Shown here piece after piece: positions 1 to 12,700 of a stretch of 64,000 nucleotides of DNA. The notes under the pieces were generated by a model. That model worked only from the letters and a program-made list of their open reading frames with translations, was not told where the DNA came from and made no database searches. The translations under genes were made by a program, and so were the position numbers. This DNA is from Tubulanus polymorphus. Its lineage: Eukaryota; Animalia; Nemertea. Where the stretch lies: contig NC_134033.1 of assembly GCF_964204645.1 (NCBI RefSeq), positions 10,114,655-10,178,654 of the forward strand, read 5' to 3'. Numbering within the stretch: the stretch's first letter is position 1; each line of letters begins with the position of its first letter.

Positions 1-70
<70 letters not shown>
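1..70. repeat. (TA)n microsatellite, truncated at window start
   Basis: Pure TA dinucleotide run. Confidence 0.99.
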
Positions 71-73
<3 letters not shown>

Positions 74-1976
74 CGGTAACTCTGGAGGAATAAATCCTCG
101 CGCGCGATATCAACGGTTCTAGCTACGTGACCCGAATGTGTCACGACACACGGCGTCAAATCTCGCAATTATCGTCGCCGCCTATTTTCGCTCGTTGGTT
201 AATTCCGCGGGGATCTATCATTCGCGACAGCATTCGCCGAGACGCTAGACGCGCGCGTGACCTTTACGATCGCGACCTGGGTGTGTCTTCATAACAGTAC
301 GATGACCATACAAGACCGAACAGTACGCTAGGTTTAAAACTAGCGATGGAAATCATTCCAAAAACCTCTATCCCCCTCCGCTTTCTTTCCTACCTCTCCC
401 CCTCACTCTTCTTTCCTCTCCCAGTCTACTGTCTGACTTTCCATCTTCCTCTCCCTTTCTCGACTCCCCTATCTATTCCATCTCCACTTCTCAATCCCCA
501 CGCTGCCCCCCCCCATCTCACCCTATTCCCCCCTCGATCTACTCTCTCTCTCCTTCCCCTTTCCCCCACTCTTTCTTTTTTTCTGTTTTTTTTTTCTGTC
601 TCTCTCGCTGGGAATTAGCATCGACACGAACGAGCTGTCGCCATCAATTCTACAGTCAGTTAAAAGATACCGGACACGAGCGAGCGAGTGAGCGCCGCGA
701 GAAAAACTATAATCACCCTGGCGTCGTCGGTTCGGGTGACAGATTATCAACTTATAACGACGCGTATTCGTATCGAATCCAGGGCCGCTGCCGACACCGG
801 CAAATAGTGTAAAACACTAATGACATTGAAGGGTCATATTTTTAAAGCCAGACAATCAGTCGTTTACCACCGGTTTGGGTTGGATGGAAGATCTATTCAC
901 ATGGACAGGAACCAACATTTCCAACTATATCTCACTTCGATTTCCGATTTCAAAATCGAAACCCTTTTAACCCACCAACCGATGAATCAAATAAAGTAGA
1001 CAATTTCCCTCCTTTGCAAGTTCTTAAAAAGAACTCCGGTAAAAATACACCACGTGTCTCGATGATGATGATGATGATGATGACGAAGACCTTTTTGAAG
1101 TGACTCTCGCCTCGCTAGTCTGACAGCGAGCGAGCATGTCTCAGAGCGGAGAGAGAAACACGACAAGAACCGAAATGTCATTGAGAATCGATATCTGCGC
1201 GCGGAGAAATACACGACATCTAAAAGATCACCGCCGCCGCCGCCGCCGAGCCGCGCGGAGTAATATTCCCAGTCGATAGCGACGAGCGATCGCCGAGCGA
1301 GCGAGTCTGGCATCCGGCCAAATTACCATCGGCGAAAAAAAAGAGACGGTAGATTTATAACGTAAAAACGCCCTGAAACGAACGACGACGGCGACGACGA
1401 TGACAGCAGCAGCGACGAGAGAAGAGCGAGTTGGAGAGAAGAGGGAGTCGGAAGGAGAAAGCCGTAAAAACTCACGTCTGATATTGAGTAAATAACGTCG
1501 AAGGAAACCCAAGTAAATCCGGCAAAAAATGTCACCGAATCGAAAATCACTTTTTCCGCATTTAGCGCAGCAAAACAGAAACCTCAAAACAGATATCGTT
1601 TAAAGAGAAAATAAACATCGTTCAATTCTAAATGTCAAAACTAAAAAAAACCCCAAAAATTCGCCAATTTATCATCGTTCGATAAAATGACGCACGCTTA
1701 ACTAACTGAGTTCGAATCCCGCGTATAAATAAACATAAAATATTTTTCTAAAGTATCTTTTATTCTCTGGCAGTCTGTGTCTTAGAAGGATCGATTTTTT
1801 TCTTCGGGAGGTTGATGTACGCGGACGCCCCCAGAGTAAACAGCCGGCAGTAACGGGTAAACGCCTTGTTAGCGAGATGTGTGCCGTGGACCCGGTACTT
1901 ACTCAAAGCCGACATACCACACGCGTCTAACGGATAATGGTTGACCGATTTTTACGTCGCTATCGGTATCTGCTCT

Positions 1977-2153
<177 letters not shown>

Positions 2154-3698
2154 CACTCTCATCGGAAAGGCGACGCTTCGAGCGTGTGCGTTCGAACGTC
2201 GTTGCCAAGCAACGCCAACTTAATTATCCTTAATCCGTTACGCAGCACGCAAGTCATGTGTGTGACACTTTTTGGTCACTTGTCTGTTCACGGGTTCGTC
2301 ACCGCCGCCCTCTCTCGCCCCCTTCCTCTATTCATCCCTCCGCGACTACGTCAGTCTCAGATCCGTCCCCCCTGAGGTGCCATGCAGTCTCTGGCGGAAA
2401 GCATTTAACCGCGTATCACGTGTCTATTTTTAACACGATTAGTTTAAATCAATATTCTGAAAACGGGCCGTTTTTTAACGGGCGACAATTCATTCGATAA
2501 TTTATGAAGATATTAATGGATTTTATGGCGGAATTTTAACACTAGACTCAAGCGGGTTTCTAATTGCCACAGCGATCTCTCCGTACAAACACGCGTTCCC
2601 GGAATTACCGATATTTCGGCGCCTTGAATCGAGTCGCGGCGGCGGGATTTTATCGGGTGATATCGGGGAGCGAGACGCGCAATAACAACGAGCGGTGAAT
2701 GTTTGTACGCGGCGTCTTGGTGATGCTTAGAAAGACTGTTAGCGGCGTCTTTCTGTCCGGTTAGAGTAATACACAACTGAGTGGTGATCGATCAAACACT
2801 GAGACCGAGCGAGCGAGTCGTCTCTCTCTCTCTCCTTCCATTCGCCGTCGCCACCGCCGCCGCCGCCGCCAGACTCTAATTTACGTCAATTTTTATCTAC
2901 GGTTGCATTTTTAGGAGGGACGTTCCGCGTGATGCCGCAATCCTTCTGCTGCTGATGCTGCTGCTGCTGTCGCTGATGCTCAGACTGGTGTTGATATTGG
3001 TGCTGGTGCTGCTGCTGCTGCTGCTACAGCTGCGCTGGCTGGTGCTGATGCTGGTGCTTCTGCTGGTGCTGGTGCTGCGGCTGTGACGCTATAAACCTTC
3101 CTGCCCTCGACAGTATTCTACAGATTAACGCCCGGCTAATGACAAATCGGTCGGCATCACATTACCGCCGGTACGGCTGTGGCGACGGCGGAAGCGATGC
3201 AGAGAAGTGAATGGGTCCAAAATAGAGAACAAAAATAGCGGAATGATTTATTCACTACTTCGATTGAACTAAAAGGAACTAGTAAAATTAAAATTAAAAA
3301 GTTAAAATTAAAAGGAATAAATTCAATATATTAAAAGGAATAAATTCAATATATTTTCACTCATTTATTTATTAGATTAATTCACTAATCTGATTCAATA
3401 ACTTTTATTATTATTATTATTATTTCTATGATTATTTCCATCTAATTTTCTCCTGCAACTAAATAATGTTTCAAATCACTTTCTCCGGTTGGGAAGAAAT
3501 CATTCATTTATTTAAGAAAAAAAAAATTAAAAGATTTATAAGTAATTTGAAATATCTTATTTTGAATATTTTAGTTTTATATATCTGAGATGAAATATAT
3601 TTTTCTTTAGAGTTGAATTATTATATTTGAGTTATGATATTTTGATTTAAGATGGTGTGATTTTTTGTGCTTCGAGTATAATATTTTCAACAATTACA

Positions 3699-4019
3699 TC
3701 ATGCTTTTTCATTAGGTTCATATTTCTTTTTAGGTGTATCAATTTTATTGTCTAAGTTACATTGAATTCCCACATCTTTGAATGATTTTTCATTTGAACG
3801 ACCGGGATAAACCTTTTTTCTTCTACTCTGAAAAACATTACTTAACATTCTCTGATAACGTAAGTGTATGAATAATGATTTATCTGAATTTTCATTATTT
3901 AAAAGTGATTGTATTTCATCTGTAATTATTAAATGTTTATCTATTTCATTAGATATTGTGAATTTTGGAATTATTGTATTGAATAAGATGTTATCTTTTT
4001 CATTCGATAACTCTATCAT
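3699..4019 (-). CDS. 106-aa hypothetical protein in the AT-rich island
   Basis: ORF whose ATG overlaps the TAA of the preceding degenerate ORF (TAATG); same strand as 4212-4613. Confidence 0.4.
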   Translation of the reverse strand: MIELSNEKDNILFNTIIPKFTISNEIDKHLIITDEIQSLLNNENSDKSLFIHLRYQRMLSNVFQSRRKKVYPGRSNEKSFKDVGIQCNLDNKIDTPKKKYEPNEKA

Positions 4020-4174
4020 TAGATAATGATTTTAAACTTTAATTCAGCAATATTATTCACTTGAAAACGAAAACGTGCAGTTTTAATCAAATCTTTAATC
4101 GGAATAAAATCTTTAATTGTAAAATATTTTTCTAATTCATGTAAATCAATATCTTTGAATTACTGCTCATACAT
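4019..4174 (-). pseudogene. Degenerate small ORF with early in-frame stop (MYEQ*FKDIDLHELEKYFTIKDFIPIKDLIKTARFRFQVNNIAELKFKIII*)
   Basis: Manual translation; it fills the gap between the two island ORFs and ends in the TAATG overlap. Confidence 0.35.
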
Positions 4175-4211
4175 TTATCAGTAATTTTTTCCAAAAAAAT
4201 TGATATTCTAA

Positions 4212-4613
4212 TCAACTCGTTAAATACTCGTTTTTTATTTCATTAAAATTGATTTTACGTATTTTTGATTCAAAATCTATATCATGGTGCCCTTTTTCAT
4301 TCTTACCCTTATATATGAAATAGAAATCACCAGAACACACTTCTTCGAGATCTTCACTAGATAATCTATGAAATCTATCTGGTAAATATGTTCTGAATTT
4401 ATATCTATTTCCTTTTAATCCTTCATATTCTAAGTGACTAACTAATTTATTACCATATCTATTAGTAATTGTTTCAATATTTGAAATTAAATATTTCTTA
4501 TGTACTGTTAATTCATTTAACTTTTTAAATTTATAATCTACAGATTTGACATTTGTAGTGTCTTTAATCATTTTAATAAAGTTTATATTGTTTTGTGATT
4601 GTTTACTCTCCAT
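4212..4613 (-). CDS. 133-aa hypothetical protein, predicted beta-rich (possibly OB-fold-like), virus/mobile-element type
   Basis: Clean ATG-to-TGA ORF in stop-rich AT DNA with globular composition; motif FKKLNEL..KKYLI..RYG.KLV..LE..FRTYLPDRF..FYFIYKG. The fold guess is inference. Confidence 0.6.
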   Translation of the reverse strand: MESKQSQNNINFIKMIKDTTNVKSVDYKFKKLNELTVHKKYLISNIETITNRYGNKLVSHLEYEGLKGNRYKFRTYLPDRFHRLSSEDLEEVCSGDFYFIYKGKNEKGHHDIDFESKIRKINFNEIKNEYLTS

Positions 4614-5416
4614 CTTAATATATAATTTTTTATTTAAATTAAAATTAATATATTTGAATAAATATTATATTATATAAATATGCAAATATATAAATATCAG
4701 AGTAATAGGGAATAAGTTGTTTCATATCAGAGGTAGAGAGGTTGAGTGAGTAAAAAATAAAAAAAAATTTTATTCTTTATGAGCTCGACTATTACTTACA
4801 CCTTCAGTGTTTCAATTCACTAGTCGTCGTGTTTTTTTTTAATTCTAAGAATCAATTTCCCAAATCCACGCTCGTCGTCCGTACTCCCCCCTCCTGCGCT
4901 TCGTCCGGTCACCACCGTGAACCAATGAGACAATACGTAAATTCTAGCCGATGTTGCCAATTCGACCTTGAACCCTGTGTTTAATTGCCGCTTTGGTACA
5001 CGTTACTCCCAGGGCAGTAAATCGTGCTCCAGAATCTCATCTGCGGCGTCAACGATAATTCTCTATCGTCACCATCGATGTTGAGAGAGGAGAGGGAGAG
5101 AAGAGCAAGAGAGAAGAGAGATGAAGAGAGGAGAGAAAGTGAGAGAGCGCTGCGCTGCGTCTCGATTCCCATCGTCGATCGCCGCAAATAAAAACACGAG
5201 AGAGAAGAAGTATTTGCTCAGACAGCACGTGCGCGCGCACCCGCTATCGGCTGCGTGTCACTGCTCACGTCATCGGGGGTAACCATGGTGATCGAAAAAA
5301 GGACGAAAATGATACGTTTTAAAGACTTTTTTTCTATTTTGCAACGTCCTCCGTCGCGGAGTGTATAAAAAGTGTCCCGGTGCGGTTAACCAACGCTGTA
5401 CCGCACGCACCATACG

Positions 5417-5824
5417 GCCCAACGCACACGGCAAAACATTTGTTTCGCCGAAAGAGAAAACACGTTTTTCACAAAACGTCTTTCGTAAAACGATAAAACG
5501 TTCAACGCACACGGCATAACGAAAACGCGCAGAAAACATTTCTTGCACCATGGAGACAACAATAAACTAAGTTATTCACATCAATTTTTGTAATGCCATG
5601 TGATACATTGTTGGTCGCTGAATGGCTATTAAGCCGTGGTTGTTTCGCAAAACACACAAAAATCCACCGCACACGGAACGAAAAACGTTTTCGACTACAC
5701 AAAACGCAAATCAAGCAGTGCTTGTTTCGCGAAAAACGTTTTTCTGTTTTGTGTTTTGACTCCCCCGCACACGGCATAACAAAAAACATCGAAAACGTTT
5801 TTATCGGTGCCGTGTGCGTCGGGC
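5417..5824. mobile_element. MITE (non-autonomous DNA transposon), ~410 bp
   Basis: 17-bp TIRs gcccaacgcacacggca (5417-5433) and tgccgtgtgcgtcgggc (5808-5824), 1 mismatch; internal reiterated cgcacacgg and aaaacg motifs. Confidence 0.8.
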
Positions 5825-7224
5825 TTATCGGGCTAGGTTTATCACGTGATTATTTCTCGACGGCGTACGGACGTGAGATCCAACTAATGTCACCGCGCGT
5901 ATTTACAAGCTGCAATTAAACGGTTGTTAAAGGCACGCCAGGTGCGGGCCCGCGTGAACACGGACATATTTATTACTTTTGTCGTAACATCTGTCCGTCC
6001 CTATACGTGTGTGTATCTGGGGATTGTGCGATTTCAATGGGTGACAACTTTCAGGATATCGATCACTGACACCCGAGCGCACAAACAAAAGTGCCAGACG
6101 ATTTCAGAATAAAACGACAAATTGAAACCTGAATGAAATCTACGCAGCAACAGGCGGTGGTATGTTGGACCACACCGGGTGCCCACGTATTGTATAGGCC
6201 TCATACCGGAAATGCAAATAGATCCCGCATTGGCACGTGATACGCTGGCGTATTAGAAACAGTTCTGGTCGACTGCCAGTTCCGGTGTCACCGGCGTCAT
6301 CGCAAAAGATCAAAGTGTCGACGGTTGGAACGCTGACACATCAAAGGCGAACTAATTCGTGGAAGCGCTGGATGATCGCGGGAAGGGAGGAGGGTTGGAG
6401 GAGGAGAGACTGCAGGTGAACACACGAATTCGCTACATTGTTTACAAACTGTAAAAAGATGTTTTTATACATTCGATGGAAGACTTAAACGCGGCTCATA
6501 AAACGATATGATCAAGAACGCGGAGGGCAAGAGGATGGATGGAGGGAAGTAAGACTGGTAGTCGGACGGGGGAGATAGCGAGGGAGAGGAAAGAGGTGAT
6601 ACTAGGGTGTGATAGATAGAAGGGCTATTTATCTGGTATTCCGCACTAGTAATGAATCACTGAGGAAATTTATGTTTTATTTATTACCGATAGACGAGCG
6701 AGCAGCGAGCGGCGAGCAGTGAGTTGTGGATAACGAGCAGCAGCGAGTTGTCTGCTTTGCGCTAAAACGATCCAAACATATTCGCGGGCCTGCGTCACGG
6801 AGACGATATCCGGTTTCAACGTGACGAGAAAATCACGCTTAATTTGACAAGCGACCGTCACGATTCTTCTCGCTTCGAGATCGTCGTCGCCGCAGCCGTC
6901 GAGGAGCTCAGCGCCGTCGAGAATACATCTGACGAGTCGATTTGACGGAAAGTCTGTGAACTCGTCTATTTGTATTGCTCAGTTCGATTCGGTTGCGGTC
7001 GCTTTGAACTACAATACAAGGCCAAACACCCATCCAAATTAACCCTCATCTCCTTCCGATCAAACAAACCCTCCCCTACGCGGCCAGAAACACGCGAATC
7101 GCTGTAATCATAGCTATCTAAGTGCGTACGATTTCGAAGAACATGTATTTATCAAATTCCCTCGAACATTTCTACGTGTCGAATTTCAGTTTGTTACTGA
7201 CTGGCTAGTTCCGTGGCGGAGCTT

Positions 7225-7500
7225 GATGGGTTCTGGTGATTATACGGGTTCTAAGGCGCTTTTCCATGGGTTCTATGGCAGTGTTATGTGGGTTCTATGG
7301 CGGTTTTCTGTGTCTATGCATGGACGTATAAACTAGATTAGTTTTTAGTTTATACGTCCATGGTCTATGGCAGTGTTCCTTGGGTTCTATGGCAGTGTTA
7401 TGTGGGTTCGGCGGTGTTCTGTGTCTATGGGTTCTATGGCTGTGTTATGGCCGTGGTCCGTGTGGCGATGATTGTGCGAGTTCTATGGCGGTATCTGTTA
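7225..7500. repeat. Degenerate ~22-bp minisatellite (gggttctatggcagtgttatgt)
   Basis: Multiple imperfect copies, interrupted by a 44-bp hairpin insertion. Confidence 0.75.
7319..7362. mobile_element. 44-bp hairpin micro-MITE with 7-bp TSD (P-element-like CA...TG ends)
   Basis: Perfect 17-bp TIR catggacgtataaacta; flanking direct repeat gtctatg at 7312-7318 and 7363-7369. Confidence 0.75.
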
Positions 7501-9463
7501 TACCCGTGTGTATGTCATATGAGAGAATCGATTTCGGATACTCCAACTCGCTTGGCTCGCGCGGTATCGCGCCGGCTGACGACTTGTATCGGGTGCGAGC
7601 CGCCGCCGCCGTCGCCGTTGCCGCAGCCGCCGACAATTGTCGATAAATTCCGTTTTATCTCGGCGATTAGTGCGTCCACAATCGATCGATACCGCGGAAG
7701 CACTGAGGGCTATTACTGTTTCTATAGAAAGAGAGAGAGGGAGCGAGAGAGAGAGAGACGAACTGCGGCAGTCGTGGTTATTACTTTTCTGCACGCGATG
7801 TTAACGGTTAGCGTGAGAACGGGGAAAGTCTTTACGAGACTTAAAGAGAGTACTAGCGTTTAGACTCGATTCTATAGGAACATAATCTTAAAATCGCAAT
7901 CTCAATTTTAAAAAAGTATCATAGAATTCAGTGTTATATATATGTTGTATTTATTGTTATATATATGTTGTATTATTATATTGTAAAACAGCGATATTGT
8001 GGTCAAAACCATCAAGTTTTGCGTTCTATTCGTCACTATTTCATCGGCTATCAACTTTTAAACAATCCATAAACGACTGCACCCCCCATCCCCCTCCACC
8101 CCAAGCATCCCTCTGAATACATTTTAAACCGCCAACAGAAATGTGAACAGTCGATGTTTAAAGGAAGAGCGATGGGAATAAGATCCGGCGCGATTGCCGC
8201 GTATATGTACGTCTACCCGATATCGCGCGGTTTAAAATGACACTTGGCTACCGATAATAAAACATCGCAAGCTACCTGTCGAACGACCTTGAACTTAGTC
8301 GGGTAAAAGAAAACTAAACTCACATATATTTCTTGATGCTGGTGCTACTGCCGCTGCTGGATCAAGACGCGATAATTTCCTCTGCGGTTGTTGGATGTTT
8401 TCCTCATCGGTTCCCGCTGTGAAAGTAAACATACAAAAAATATACATCGCATCATTGCAATACCGGGGGCAGGAGGGGGTGGGGGGTGTTGAAACAGGTA
8501 ACGGAAATAATTTAGGTGATTGCAATATTCTTTATCTTATTTTATTATTTTATCTTCGTGTTTATGACCCGCTGCAGCGGATAAAGTTTCAAAGAATTAA
8601 TGCCCGAAACGAATTGAGAAGTTAATGGGTCTTCTGTGGTCTGGACTCGGGCAGGTTGTATGCGAAACACGATCGGGGAATATTTCTTAGAAATAGAGAA
8701 TACTTAGCAAAGAACCCGTCCTGGAAAGGTTTTATCATAATTGAGTTTGAATTTATTATTTTGTAATGCTTCTCGCGTGGAAAGCACAGTTATATCATTT
8801 TACATATTATGATTGGAAGATTTGACTTAATGATTTGATTGGGATGGTCGGTTGAATGTACATTGTATTTTGTTTTGTTTAATCGAGGTAAATTATTGGA
8901 AAAATATTTCAGTTCAATTTTCATACTGTTAGAATATTATACGGTATGTGATCTCCCGTACAGCACAGGCGAACAACCCGTCCGGGACGGGCTCTATCAG
9001 ATTGTGTTTGAATATAAAACCTACCGAAACTCGCCCTGCACAACGATCCCGATTCTACTTCAGTTTTTCGTTTGAAGCCCTAAAAAAAGAATGACGATAA
9101 ATGAAACATATGCGCGAAATAAAAAGAAAACCGCACATCAAAAGTTGAAGAGAGACAGCGCTCAGTTGTCATATCGGTCATTGGGTCATACATTGTACGG
9201 GCGCAAATAATGGCCGAGATTTGTCCGTCGCTAGAGGCGCATTTTTAACACCAGCGGATGATCATTTTTACGACTCATTGTTCTCGATATAGAACGTGAT
9301 TTTCTGCTCGGTAAAAAAAGCTACAAAAGAACCGCGCGTAGAGACTGACGCGGAGGCTATGAAGGCTGAAGGCGCTACGATAGGTTCAATACAAACACAA
9401 CACGAAGGCGTTGTATTGGCGTTATTACGGAGCGTATCGTCTCCACCACTGATGCACCTGAAA

Positions 9464-9747
9464 AGAGAGAGAGCGAGGGAGAGAGAGAGAGCGGGAGGGG
9501 GAGGGGATGGAGGGGGAGGGAGGGGGAGAGATGGGGAGAGATGGGGAGAGGGGGAGAGAGGGGGAGAGAGGGAGGGAGAGGGAGAGGGGGAGGGGGAGGG
9601 GAGAGGGAGGGAGAGGGAGAGGGAGAGGGAGAGGGAGAGGGAGAGGGAGAGGGAGAGGGAGAGGGAGAGGGAGAGGGAGAGGGAGAGGGAGAGGGAGAGG
9701 GAGAGGGAGAGGGAGAGGGAGAGGGAGAGGGAGAGGGAGAGAGAGAG
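9464..9747. repeat. Polypurine tract with (GAGAGG)n hexanucleotide repeat
   Basis: Seen directly; explains the ER/GE/GR/SP/SL repeat ORFs. Confidence 0.97.
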
Positions 9748-12700
9748 CGCACGGCGGTTCGTCACGCTAATAGTAGTATCAGGCGTGTTTTATGTGTTAC
9801 GAGAATAGTCGTAAAAATAACAGCCGCCGCCGGGAAACAAACTACGCTAGAGAGAAAAGAGAGGAGGTGAGAGGAGATTGAGGAGAGAGGTGAAAGACAC
9901 ACACACACACACACCCTGCGAGTGAGCGCCGTATCTATTCACTATAGAGTAGCACACGTTACAAATCATTGATCACTATCACGGCACCATACTGATACAC
10001 CTCATATTAACACTTATCAAATATGTACTATATTCTACCAAGGAAAATGTCTCTCAACATACTTTCACCCCCAATCTATAACTGTGTCCTAATACTGGTG
10101 TAAAACGCCTACGATCGAACAGTAGCAACGGCAGGAGACGTAAAAACATATCTCCTCATTCAAAAACAACTCGTCGATTGTCGTGAGAATTATTGATGAA
10201 GTAGTCGACAGAGGAAGTCACTAAACTATAACTAACACAAAATTGGAGAGGGCTTAAAACCGATATTGGACACAAATATCAGAAATTTCGGCCGCGACGT
10301 CGAGTCAACACTAGCCCCGTGTGATGGCAGTCAGTTAGCCCGGAGTGGTCACAGTCAGAGACCCGACTTTAAATAGATATACATCAATGGCGGCCATTTC
10401 GATTTGTGTTATGTATGTTATGTATAAACGCCTGGAGCGGGGGCGGATGCGTCGTAATGAACAAAGGGCTCAGGCGGTGTCGGGCGGGTGGGTGGTTCCG
10501 ACGGCGTATATATATATATTTTTATGTTGATTACGAAGTAGATCGCAGATTGATACGAGCCGCAACAAGCGAAAGGCACCATCTGATCCAACACTGCAGA
10601 ATATCACACTTAAATACATCGAAAGAATATCCTTTTTGAACTGTAATTTAGACATTAATTAATTATGTTTATCGCAGGGCGGCGGGGAGGAGGATCAGCG
10701 GGGTTGGGGTTCTGGCTTACGTGTCGTATGTTCCCTTGACCCTGAATACAATGAAGGTAACGTGAATCAATGTGTTTGAATTATGTCAGTAGATTTGAGG
10801 CTGGCGATTTTTGTTCCAGGCGGAAGGGGGGAGGGGGCAACAGCTGGATACACTGCTGTTTACACGAGTGTTTCCTGATATATTTCGTATGTATTTATGT
10901 TTCAAAACGAATCGGATTTGAAGCACCCAATAGAATCCGGGGCGGCGGTGCCATTTTACCAAAAACAGCTGTCGCCATTTTGAGAGGTTTGTGTACAGTG
11001 CGTGTGTGATCTAGTATCGATCGCGTTGCGTCACAGTTGTAGATTGTATTCGTGACGTTATCTCTCTGACTTTTTTTTAGTGATTGGCGACAGATGCGGA
11101 GGGAGCCGTACAGTCACGTGTAGAAGTCACGTGGTCTGGCGTCTGCAGTCTCTGATCTTAAACAACTAGACATACAATTAGATCCGTACATACAACATAA
11201 CACCGCATACACGAGATAGAAATAATCAATATATAAATCGATTTAACATCGTCAGGATCGGATCCCGGGGCAGGCTTTACGGAAGCACAAAGAAATAAAA
11301 AGGGCACATACTGAAAAAGTCCACACCACCAAAATATGGGCCTGGAAAAGTTTCAGGAAATTTCAGTGCACTTTCATACAATTTCCAGGCACTTATTCGG
11401 AATATATTAGGGAATGTCAGCTAAATTTTGTGCTGGACGCTGTCGCATCAATTGCTGATAGAAAAGTGCCCTGAAAGCTATTGCTATTATCAAAAGGGCA
11501 CGCGGAAATTGTGATGGGAGCAGGTGCTCCGTGAGTTACCGTATGGATCCGCCTGGACCGTTGTTAAAACCAACTGTTTAGGGTGGCGAGAGGGAGGGAG
11601 GTGATGGGAGATGGGGTCCCATCAGTCACTCATTATTCCATTCATACCCAACAGGTATCATTAACTGATTCATTCTACACCCCCTTGTAGCATTCTCTTG
11701 ATCAATGACGCATATATACGTACTGTACGTCTCCACCCCTGTTCAGACTGTCAATTAATTATCAAACACGATATTATCGATCTTCCTTTGAACCTTTCAC
11801 CGGCGCGCGCGATCAGATCGTCTCAAGGTCGTTGAGCGCGAAGACATCCCGTCGAGGATGTACATTATGCATAGAAATCGTCGTTTATATCAAAATCAAC
11901 AGCTTTCGCGGACAGTGGAATCATTGTTTGTGTCGTCACGGTGCTGGGTGTCGTCTGACAGACTGCGCCGCTAACGAGAATCCCTGTAGGGCAGACACAT
12001 ACGGGGACTCACGACCCCTCCGGGCAACGCGTCTATAATTCACGTACAGACCACCGCCGTCGTTCGATTTACGTCGGAAGCGTTTTACGTTGTTTTCGTC
12101 GACGTAATAATAATATCCCTGTACACAGTGGTGGCAATGACGTCATAACATGTCGAAGACGACTCGAGGAGCTCAGATATCAAGATCTACGCGTTACAAC
12201 AATTAACAGCTCAACACTTGCTGATTATAACTGGTACTGGAGACTGACTGTCAGAGTGATTATAAATTCTATCCCTGTCAACAATAGGCTTAGTCTACGT
12301 ACAATCGTATTACAAAAGCGCGGCCTAATGTAACAGTAGTCAAAACCTCGAATTCAACCATCCCTGGACTCCAAAGACCATGATCAATCTATCCCTGGAA
12401 TCTAGAGTCCCTGATTCAATTCCTGCCAATAGAAAATCTCTCGATAGAAACATTAAGCCAGATACATATGAAATATAATTCAAATTTTCGTTCGGAAGAA
12501 AAACCATTCGTCGACGGGTTTCAATCAATTGTTTCAACTTACCGTATGAAAACGTCTTACATAAGTATCGAACCAGGTATTTTTAAGGAGCGTCACTTTC
12601 TAAACCACTAATACTTGTGAAGTGGATTCCCTGATAAATAGCTCTTTCCTAACAGCACGTGCTCGTCCCAGCTCGTGCATTGATGAATCTCTTCTGAACG

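Larger units (their letters stand above)
3245..4800 (-). mobile_element. AT-rich island with compact intronless ORFs (putative endogenous viral or mobile-element remnant)
   Basis: Abrupt switch from GC/CpG-rich flanks to very AT-rich sequence; co-oriented intronless ORFs with a TAATG stop/start overlap; no hallmark integrase or capsid recognised. Confidence 0.55.

Noticed and set aside
9268-9870. Five overlapping ORFs (ER/GE/GR/SP/SL repeats)
   Set aside because: Artefacts of the (GAGAGG)n polypurine tract.
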